Source: Camelus ferus (lineage: Eukaryota). From it: 64,000 nt of DNA. Below, piece by piece: positions 54,271 through 64,000 of the stretch. The stretch lies in NCBI RefSeq assembly GCF_009834535.1, contig NC_045696.1:12278001-12342000 (forward strand). Reading direction: 5' to 3'. Numbering within the stretch: the first letter of the stretch is position 1; every line of letters starts with the position of its first letter. Made by a program: the position numbers and the translations under genes. The notes under the pieces were generated by a model. It saw only the letters and a program-made list of their open reading frames with translations. It was not told the DNA's origin and ran no database searches.

Positions 54271-56263
54271 TATATATAACACCAGTGTAAACAATACAGA
54301 ATAGGCACCACCCATGATTTTGTTTACACATTGAAACTGGATATAGGTAGAAGATTACAAATTCTGATGAACCAGAGTCCTCCTGCTTCATCATTTTTGG
54401 AGACAAATCAAGGGCTTGTCCTGCACTACATCAATCCTAGATACCATGTATTCAGACTATGGATTCAAGTTCAAATGTTAGTTAGAATGTCAACCCAAAT
54501 GTCTTGAAGAGACAGCTGAAGATCATTCTGGAATAGTACTCCCAGGTCTCCAATTACTTGATTTTTCTACTCTTCAGTTTGACCTGGATGTCTTATATTT
54601 GCCATTACACTGCATAAGCTCAGTCTCTAGAAGTCCCTTGTTCTATAGGACAACCAGAAATTCACACTCGGCTAAGGAGCATAAGATGAAGTTGCCTCTG
54701 AACATGTCTATTTTTTTCAATGCATTTCACTAATAATAATGATAACTGATACCTCAAAGCAAATAAAGTATTTTATGATGTGGCTTAGTGGTTTTATTCA
54801 TGCTTCTTCAGGAAATCAAGAGACCACAACACAAATCTGAGAAGGAATTAGCCTCTGTTTTTGATTAAACATGCATTGCTTTACAAAAAAAGTTTACTGC
54901 TAATTCATATAAGCAGTATTTTTTCTAGGCCCTTTAAATAACAAAAGCTATGCTGGCAGTGGCAAAGGATAAAGTAAAGTAAACTCAGAGCTTCATTTTG
55001 GAATGTAGTCTACAACTGTTTTCTTCCGTATTCCTTTGGGTTTTTTTTTTTAATATATACCTTGGGCATCCAAGAAATAAAATGTATCTAGAAAGATCAA
55101 TTCATGAAAGTTTATTACAGAGGTAGCTAAAAGATATTTAAGCAGGAACATTGATCCTAGAATTATTTATTTGGGAGAAATTCGATAGGGCAAGTCTTAA
55201 TAACAAAATGGTGTAGCTACATGTTAGTGTCATCTTTAAAATCACTTTTTAAAACTAATGAAAGCTTTCTCTAATTAATGCAAGTTATGTCAATGATAAA
55301 CCTTTGGTCCTTATGAACCACTCACTGCTAACCTTCCATCTTCAATATATCCTGGCTTCTAAATCTATGATTAGAGAAAACATAGAAGAAGGAGACTTAG
55401 ACGTTATACATGTAATGCAATTCCATACATATATTTCACATTTAAAACCCAATAGTGTCTCATAAACAAAACAATCGACCAAACCTTGATAAAATGTTCA
55501 CAGCATGTTGGTGAGGATGAACATTTCAGTTGTCAGAATAATTATTCTTTTCAAGCATATGATACAAATAATCATGTTCTCATGACATGCACAAAGACCA
55601 AACCCAGAAAAATTTGACAAGTATTTGAATATTTAGTTCACTGAATACCAGGTATCTGCATATAAAAACTTATCTGTATATTTGTGCTTGTAGTTTCCAT
55701 CTGGAAGTTTTCTGTAAAACATCATCTTAGCTTTCGAAATACATGCCCACAATTATGGTTAATAATTCTGATGATGATACAATCCCCTTCAGGCATAAGT
55801 TTTAGGGTAGGGAATTGGGGAAAGTGTTTAGTCTGTTGCAATTGAATATGTTTGCAGAAGATTTGGGAAATAAGTTTCAGAAATCATCAGTTCTTCATTA
55901 CAATCAGAACACAGAGAAATTCAGTGTGGCCAAAAACAAAATATTAATACAACTAATTTTAGTTTATCTATCATGATATAATCAGTGAGTAAATTCAACT
56001 AAGCATATAATATTAAAGGATGAGTGACTACTTCTCCAATTCTTCCGTGTGAAGGACGCATCATTGATGTGGACATCACTGGGCATTTATACTCTGTCCT
56101 CATTCAGTCCTCAAAGAGAACAGCATTCTCAAAACTGAGTATAGAGTTTGGAAGGTGAAACTAGACACAAGTTTCCCAGCCTCTTCCTAGCCCCTCCAAC
56201 CTGGAACTGTGAGGCCTGCACAAAGCACACATTCTCATCTGTGCCTCTTTACTCCGTGTTTTA

Positions 56264-57320
56264 TTTTTTTTTAACAATTTTTTTTTATTGAGTTACAGTC
56301 AGTTTACAATGTTGTGTCAACTTCCAGGGTAGAGCACAATTTTTCAGTTATACATGAACACACATATGTTCATTGTCACATTCTTTTTTGCTGTGAGTTA
56401 CCACAAGATCTTGTGTATATTTCCCTGTGCTATACAGTATAGTCTTCTACATATGCCTGTCAGTATCTACATATTTCAAACTTCCAGTCTGTCCCTTCCC
56501 ACCCTGCCTCCCCCTTGGCAACCACAAGTTTGTATTCTATGTCTGTGAGTCTGTTTCTGTTTTGTATTTATGTACTTTTTTTTTTTTTTTAGATTCCACA
56601 TATGAGTGATCTCATATGGTATTTTTCTTTCTCTTTCTGGCTTACTTCACTTAGAATGACATTCTCGAGGGACATCCATGTTGCTGCAAATGGCATTATG
56701 TTGTCATTTTTATGGCTGAATAGTATTCCATTGTATAAATATACCACCTCTTCTTCAGTCATCTGTTGATGGACATTTAGGCTGTTTCCATATCTTGACT
56801 ATTGTAAATAGTGTTGCTATGAACATTGGGGTGCAGGTCTCTTTTTGAAGTAGGGTTCCTTCTGGATATATGCCCAGGAGTCAGATGACTGGGTCATATG
56901 GTAGTCTATTCCTAGTCTTTTGAGGAATCTCTATACTGTTTTCCATAATGGCTGCACCAAACTGCATTCCCACCAGCAGTGTAGGAGGGTTCCCTTTTCT
57001 CCACAGCCTCTCCAGCATTTGTCATTTGTGGACTTTTGAATGTGGATTCTGGCTGGTGTGAGGTGATACCTCATGGTAGTTTTGATTTGCATTTCTCTGA
57101 TGATCAATGATACTGAGCATTTTTCATGTGCCTATTGATCTTTTGTATTTCTGCCTAGGAAAATTGCTTGTTTAGATCTTCTGCCCATTGTTGGATTGGG
57201 TTGTTTGTTTTTTTTCTTATTAAGTTGTATAAGCTGCTTATATAGTCTGGAGATCAAGCCTTTGTCAGTTTCATCTTTTGCAAAATTTTCTCCCATTCCA
57301 TAGGTTGTTGTCTTGTTTTG
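56264..57320 (-). mobile_element. Young 5'-truncated LINE-1
   Basis: Reverse homolog of about 44890-45958. TSD ctccgtgtttta (56252-56263) versus ctctgtgtttta (57321-57332), differing by one CpG transition. Confidence 0.95.
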
Positions 57321-57380
57321 CTCTGTGTTTTAAAGGATCTTGTCCCAGTTGAGGGAGCTTGGGGATTTCCAGTCCTGCTT

Positions 57381-57493
57381 CCCACATTCTCCAAAACCAG
57401 ATTCAGTAGTTTAACAAAAGGACTATAATTGGTAACCCCATGTTCTCCAAAAACAGATTCAGTAGTTTAAAAAAAAAGGATTATAATTTGGTT
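57381..57493. repeat. Two-copy ~56-bp tandem duplication
   Basis: ttctccaaaaccagattcagtagtttaacaaaaggactataattggt is repeated as ttctccaaaaacagattcagtagtttaaaaaaaaaggattataatttggt. Confidence 0.9.
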
Positions 57494-57667
57494 TACATCT
57501 TTTGAATCATTTCTTTTTTTCAATTTGTTTAGGACTTCCGTGGGTTAAAAGAGTCCTATTTATTGAACTTCTTTGAGCCCAATGAAAGATTTGATTTTAA
57601 ATTGTCTTAAAAAATTCTGAGGCTCCCAAGAAGCCTCAGGTTCATCAAATCATTTATGATTTTACAA

Positions 57668-57758
57668 GGGGAAGTGTATAGCTCAGTGGCAGAGCACATG
57701 CTTAGCATGCACAAGGTCCTAGGCTCAATCCCCAGCACCCCTATTAAAAAAAAAAAAA
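57668..57758 (+). mobile_element. tRNA-derived SINE (camelid vic-1-like)
   Basis: A box tagctcagtggcagagc, B box ggctcaatccc, poly(A) tail. 17-bp direct repeat catttatgattttacaa at 57651-57667 and 57767-57783. Confidence 0.88.
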
Positions 57759-58077
57759 CCTTCAGGCATTTATGATTTTACAAATCTACATGCATAAGCC
57801 AAAGACTATCTACATAAAAGGTCTCCCATGATTATAGTTTTTACATGTTCTTTTTTTTTTTTTCCTTCAGAAGAAATTCAGGTGGGAAACTCAATCAATT
57901 TATATTTCTTCTTTATATAACTCATCATAGAAAGACATGTCTTTTCATTCAAAACTACTATTATCAAAATCAAAACACATGGATCACATATTTAATATAG
58001 TCCTTAGTAGTTATCTAATAAAAGAAGGATAGAGGATTGATATGCAAGCTTTCTTAATTTCAGAATTGGTTACTTAC

Positions 58078-58420
58078 TGCTATGGTATGAATGTTTGTGT
58101 CTTCCCAAAATTCATACACTGAAATCCTAACTCCCAAAAGTGATGGTATTTATAGTTGATTTGGGGGATGTGATTAAATTATACGTGTGGAATCCTCTCG
58201 TTAATGGGATTAGTGCCCTTATAAGAGATCTTGCAGAGCTCCCTAACCCCATTCCAGCCATCAGTGAGGATATAATGAGAAGTCTGCAATCCAGAAGAGG
58301 GCCCTAACCCAACCATGCTGAAAACCTGATCTCAAACTTCCAGTGAGAAATAAATTTCTGTTATGTATAAACCACCCAGTCTATGGTATTTTGTTCTAGC
58401 AGCCCAACAAAACTAAGTTA
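58078..58420 (+). mobile_element. MaLR solo LTR (MLT1A-like)
   Basis: tgctatggtatgaatgtttgtgtcttcccaaaattcat ... gtgagaaataaatttctgtt ... ggtattttgttctagcagccc; imperfect TSD cttac/cttcc. Confidence 0.88.
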
Positions 58421-59239
58421 CTTCCTCTGCCAAAAATTCATAAATAATTGATGAAGGCCTCTTTTGTTAATCATGTGAAGACTTGTTTTAATCGTGCTTT
58501 CTATTTCCATTTTTATGCAAAACAAATTGAAATAGGGATTACATAATTTCCAGTTAATTTGATCAATGTAGACCACCAAGCTTATTCATTCAGGTCAAAG
58601 AAATAGATGCCAGTTGTCTGAATTAATCCAATAAATAGATGGGGAACAAGTTCCCAGTGTCTTTTATACCATGGAGAAGAAGTGGAGAAATTTATACTAA
58701 TTTTTCCTCCCCTTCTTGTTCATGAAATATGTAGCGAAATTTGTCTACCTCCAAAGCCAAAATGGAAATCTACTTAAATTAATAACATATGTTTATATTT
58801 CTCAAGATTAATGTACTGTGGATACAGACCTGTCAACCCACACTTCACAACCACATCAATCGAGGCTCATGTGGTACACACCTGTGGAATCTGGGGCAAT
58901 CTACATGCTTTCCATTCCATATCATCTTCAAGGTCAAAAGGACTCTCCATGTAAATGACTGGTCTCCTTTGCAAAATGAAAAAATAATCATGTTACTCTA
59001 TCTCCACAATTAAACAGAAAAGAATAGACAACTAGAACACTAAGAAAATCTGAAAGGCTCAATGATTGTATGCCATTGGGAATGCAGCTCTTTTTCACTG
59101 TGTTTTTTTTTTTTTTAAAGTCTGGACTATAAGATCATTTTTTTTAACATGGATATAATAAGTATAAGGGAATATTCATAACAACCTCAAACATTGAATT
59201 TCAATTTCAACAATCACTCTGTTCATGCTTTCTCAATAT

Positions 59240-60050
59240 TCATTCACTATTCATTCACTCACACATTTATTCAAGAAATGAACACAGTGATGAACAACAT
59301 GAAATTCCTAACCTGAAGTTATATTCTCTATGGGGAAGTAGAACAGCAAAACAAGAGATCTCAGTAAGTATAAAAAATGATATAAAAGAAGTGTATGTAC
59401 AAGGGACTACAGAAGCATAGAAAAGGGACTGAATCAGTTTAGAGGTAACACCTGATTTTAATTTTATTTATTTATTTTTAATGAAGGTACTGGGGATTGA
59501 ACCCAGGACCTCATGCATGCTAAACACACACTCTACCACTGAGCTATACTCTCTTCCTGATTTTGATTTCAAAAGAGAAGTAGAAGAATAAGCAGGAGTT
59601 AAGTTAGGCACATTGGGGACAGTGCAGTCATTACATGTAGTGATAACATGAACAGAGCACAGAGGAATAAGAGTGTATTTGACGAGCTACAAATATTTAT
59701 ATCTTGGAGAGGTAGGCAGGCAGCAGCATCTTGTATGCCTAGAAGACTGGACTTTATTCTGAAGGTAATTTAGAGCCAGGGAGCATTGGAATAATTGAGA
59801 TGTTTTGACACTGGACTAGAAGTGTAGGCTGAACTGGGGCCTTGGGGTCTAGGAAGACTGTCAGCCTTTTCTATGTCAAACAGAGCAAGTGGTGGTTCCT
59901 TTGATCAGCGGGGATACAGATAGAGGAGCAGCTTTGCAGGAAGTAATGACTTCAGTTTTCAATATATTGCTTAGAGAGGTTGGAGGGCCATCCATGGGGA
60001 GACGTCATCTGAGAACTATGTATACTAGTCTTGAGCTCAAAAATGAGATT
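59240..60050 (-). mobile_element. LINE-2 3' region interrupted by a SINE
   Basis: cattcactattcattcactcacacatttatt tail; gactggactttattctgaaggtaatttagagcca. Confidence 0.6.
59465..59555 (-). mobile_element. tRNA-derived SINE (camelid vic-1-like)
   Basis: ggtactggggattgaacccaggacctcatgcatgctaa...ctctaccactgagctata. TSD cctgattttaattt (59451-59464) versus cctgattttgattt (59556-59569). Confidence 0.9.
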
Positions 60051-61489
60051 GAAGCAGAAAATCAGCCTCATTCAAAGACCCAAAAAAGGATTCACTTTCA
60101 GAAAGCTAATTTAAGAGTGTCATAAGCCCATCTGATGCACAAAATTTTTCCCAATACTCTGCATTTCATTTTATTGGAAGCCATTCCTTCAAAGTTTTCA
60201 GAAAAGTAGTAAGTATGTATTAGTCCATTAGGACATTATTTTGTCTGGGAAGGTGACACATTAGCTAGCCTAATTAATCTATCACTTTTCATCATTTTCA
60301 AGATCTAAATTCTTAAGAAATTAGACACAGATAGATACATCTTATTATATCGAGAAGGGTAAAATCTGGAGAATTTTGTAAAACACTGATAATGTCAAAG
60401 TGCGTACTCTCATGGGGGCTCTGGGCAAATAGGGCCAGCATGAGGGGAGGGAGTGGGTATGGAGGATGCACAGGAAACAAAGTGGCAAATACAAAAGAAA
60501 AATAGCCTTGTTTTTTATGAAATTGGAAATTAGTATCCATGACAGAAAAGTTCCATGGACAAGGTTTTTTTCTCAATGATTATTATGGGCAAATGAAGTT
60601 CCCATCACAAATCTACCACCTCTTAGATTCATAGCTTGCCAGTAGTTTTGACTCAAAAGGAAGCATTCTGTCCCTTCTTCTAACCAAGCGTTCTCTATGT
60701 GTTTCACTTTTCTTGCACCCTATTCATGAAAGTTACAAAGAGAGCACACTCATACTTTAAAATCCACAAAGCTTGGAGGAGGCAAGAGAAATAATGACTG
60801 CACTAAACACTGAAAATAAGAAAACCATTGTCTTCAGCAATAACCTGCTAAAAATGTAACCCTAGGGTCCTAAGTCAGTTTGTAAAGCATCAAATGTTGA
60901 TATCAAGTATTTTTACTTCTTTCTTCCCTCCTTGAGTATACCCTCTTTCCTTTCAGGACATCCTAGGCTGTCCAGATTCCTTACGAAATTTCCAAATATT
61001 CATTCAAATCAATTCTCAGAAGGAACAAAAAACAATAAATTGATTCTTGCTAAGCAATAAATCATCCATACATCTTGAATGTTATCCCTTCTTGACATTT
61101 TCAGAGTTCCTTTTAAACCAACTGTCTACCTGCACAAGCTGGCTCCCTCAGTGTACTTACTTACTGTTGGGCTTAGAAAGCAACAGCTTCACATCATCTG
61201 GGTTGGATGCAAGAAGAGTTGACTACAACAAGGAGTTGGAAGGACACAATTGTAAGAAATAATCACTGAGAGTTTAAAGAGGACAGTATCCTTGCTGGAT
61301 CTATGCTTTCCTCCTCAGAAGATTGGATGGGCCAGGAAGCAAGTTAGAAACAGTACAAGTTTGCATCTTGTAAACAGCCTGTTTAGGATATTACTAGGGA
61401 GAAGCAGTTCTGAAAATGCCTTCTTTTAGGAGTCTCCAAAATGGCGGTCCCTCTTAGCACCAAGTGTGGTGTTAGGGTTAGGAGGATGA

Positions 61490-61737
61490 ACTGGGATACA
61501 ACAGACAGTGAGGCAGACAAGGCTCTGCTCTCAGGAGGCCTACATTGCAGATGGGAAAAGGTGATAAAGCAAGTAAAGACAATTAACAAGATAATTAATG
61601 ATTATCAAGTAGGGAAATTGGGGAAGGCATCTCTTGGAAGAGACGTTTAAAAAGAAACTAAGAATGGGATAAGAATCTCAAAGAAAATGAGAAAAGATCT
61701 CAGGCATATAAACAGGATACTGCAAAGACGCTGAGCT
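61490..61737 (-). mobile_element. LINE-2 fragment
   Basis: gatacaacagacagtgaggcagacaaggctctgctctcaggaggcctacatt. Confidence 0.65.
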
Positions 61738-62239
61738 GGTGGTCTCTAGGGCTCCCCACCAAGACTAAGTACCCACAACTTCGTTCCCCAACATAATGTG
61801 TGCATTGTAACAGAAAAATATGCTGTTTGTATAAATCATTAATGACAGCCAAACTCTTTAAGGCAGAAAATCCTTCTTTGCTCCAACAGTTGACTGTGCT
61901 ATTTTAAGCATTGAGAAGAACTCTGTCAAGACGGGAGAAAACGGTTGGGAGTCTCAATTACACTGAACCACAAAAAAATCCATAATCAGAGTAGTACATG
62001 GCATGTTCCCACTTAGCCTGAGATTCTTAGAGAGAAACATTCTTCTCCAAGTCAAGTATGCTTCCAAAAAGGTTATCACTGGAAGTTTCCTCACACTTAC
62101 CAAACCAAGGACTAATGAAGAAAATTTGTTTTTGTTTTTCTTATTTCAACTCTATAACACATTTTAGTCTCTTAATTTCTTTACTCTCTAAATATCATGT
62201 ATTATTTACTATACATGCACGTGCATGTGTAGCAGTTCA

Positions 62240-62763
62240 TGTGGTAGGCAGAACCCTAAGATGACCCCTACAGTTTCAGGCCCTTGATATACACTCACAG
62301 TCTGCCAGATTTTGCAAATGTAATTAAGGACACAGATCACTGAATTGAGATAAAGGATTATCCAGGCGGCCTGATTTAATCACATGACCCTTTTTAAAAG
62401 CAAAGAGTTTTCTTGGATTGATTGCAGAAAGAAAAGTTAGAGATTCCAAACATGAGAAAGATTTGATGCATGATTCCTGCTTGAAGCAGCCATGTGTCAA
62501 GAGACTTGAAGAACTTCGGACAGTGTTGAGGCATTGAGAGTAGTTTCTAACCAACATCTAGAAGGAAAATAGGGAACTCAACAAATAGCAAGTTTGATGA
62601 AGACCCAACCCCAACCAACACCTTGATTACAACCATGAGCAGAGAATCCGTTGAAGCCATGCCCAGATTTCTGACCTACAGAAACTATGAGATAATAAAT
62701 TTATGATGTTGTAAGCCACTAAGTTTGTGATCATTTATTACGCAGCAATAGAAAACAAGTATA
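62240..62763 (+). mobile_element. MaLR solo LTR (MLT1D/E-like)
   Basis: tgtggtaggcagaaccctaagatgacccc ... ttctgacctacagaaactatgagataataaat ... cgcagcaatagaaaac. Confidence 0.88.
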
Positions 62764-63311
62764 GTGCTGAATAATAACAATAAAAATGAGAAGAATCCCG
62801 TCTCCCTTTTTTCACCCACAAACATTGTCCATAGTTTGTGGGTAGTCTTACATGTGGCGCAATTCAGATAATTTATAGTTAATACTTTCCTGGTGCTAAT
62901 CTATATGGTGTTTGGGCAAGGTGGGCATGCAGGAAGGGAAAGACATTGCCCTGACTCTTCTCTTTCGAACTGAGTAACTATAATATATGTAAAAGCCAAT
63001 TTGTCAAAGAAAAAAATGCAAAAGTAGCAAGAATATTCCAGAGAACAGTACCAGCCAGTTCCAGCAGTACCAAACATAGGGGTAAATAGAGAGAGACTAA
63101 TCGGAGCTCATGAATTCAGGAAAGCTACCTGCCTTGGGGATGTATTTTTTATTGCCAGTAAAAGATGTAGCTGTGAGGAATTACGAAAGTCAACAGAGAA
63201 TCAGGTTAAACAAGTCTTTACTTGCGCTCAAAAATCCTTCCCCTGACGCAAATTGTGCTTCTTTTGTCCTCTCAATGCAGTCATAGCAGGATGAAACCGT
63301 ATCATATTCTT

Positions 63312-63335
63312 TTTTTTTCAATTGAGTTATAGTCA
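63312..63335 (-). mobile_element. Ultra-short LINE-1 3' terminal insertion
   Basis: T7 plus caattgagttatagtca (compare the L1 end attgagttacagtca at 56287-56301), between perfect 13-bp direct repeats gtatcatattctt. Confidence 0.75.
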
Positions 63336-63783
63336 GTATCATATTCTTAATGCCAGGAAACTTAGGACAAACCATTAGCAAGCTATTCTTTTAAAACAGC
63401 TGCTAGGTTTCCAGTCTTTCTCATTTTATTTAACTTCCTGGAAAGAATAACATATACAAGTCTGCATCTTCCAAACTCCAATGTTTGGGCTTTTTGAAAT
63501 GTTTAAGTAAATGTTAGAATAGTTTTAATAGAAACATGCCAAACTCACCTTCTTTTACCCACAGTGTTTATGAGTGCTTCTATATCATTATATCACTTTA
63601 AAAGTTGCACTGGAGAGAAAAAATTATATGTTGCAATATTTTCATTGAAATTTCAGTGAAGATATTTTAGGATAGTGGTACCATAGTTCAACACGCTGGA
63701 TTATGTTATTTCAACTGTACCCCTTCTTAGAACACAGATTAGCTAATGCATATATTTAGAGATTCTTAGAAAATCCATACCAC

Positions 63784-64000
63784 TGCTACCAGAGATTATA
63801 TTCTTTGTCTCATCACAGAAAGAATTTGGAGAAAGTAAAGTGAAGATTTATTAGGCAAAATTATGCTGTCAAGGGGAGAGTGAGCAGACTCAGGGGAGTA
63901 GCTGCACTGAGTTTTTTGGCAAGCTGATTGTATGGGGAGTAAAAATGAACGAGCAGAATAATCATGGAGGAGAGGGGGTTTGGGGTGATATTCCCTGATT
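63784..64000 (-). mobile_element. ERV1-type LTR 3' end, running off the window
   Basis: tgctaccag ... cacagaaagaatttggag ... gatttattag; the reverse AATAAA lies about 65 bp from the terminus, an architecture typical of MER4-group LTRs. Confidence 0.55.

Noticed and set aside
57668..57740. Possible tRNA gene
   Set aside because: The poly(A) tail, TSD, degenerate stems and a second diverged copy at 59465-59555 indicate a SINE.
1..64000. Novel multi-gene or prokaryotic-type system, NUMT or processed pseudogene
   Set aside because: I saw no gene-dense region, mitochondrial-like sequence or recognisable retrocopy. Short or diverged host exons cannot be excluded without alignment.

Overview
This is AT-rich, CpG-depleted mammalian non-coding DNA, either intergenic or deep intronic. 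It is most likely from a camelid (camel, alpaca or llama), judged from two short tRNA-derived SINEs resembling the camelid vic-1 family and from cetartiodactyl-type L1 3' UTRs. I found no recognisable host protein-coding exon, RNA gene, CpG island or CRISPR-like array. The only ORFs matching a known protein are decayed LINE-1 ORF2 pieces. The window is a patchwork of L1 fragments of several ages, L2, MIR, MaLR (MLT1) and ERV1 solo LTRs, hAT and mariner DNA-transposon fossils, and microsatellites. I did not find a new biological system. The best observations are structural. One is an L1 insertion whose target-site duplication is now inverted, implying a later ~0.3 kb inversion plus deletion (29986-30444). 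Another is a 24-bp ultra-truncated L1 insertion with a perfect 13-bp TSD (63299-63348). There is also an orphan internal L1 RT fragment, several nested insertions and a 223-bp pure-purine tract. Repeat subfamily names come from recalled consensus sequences, not from a search, and the boundaries of old repeats are approximate.
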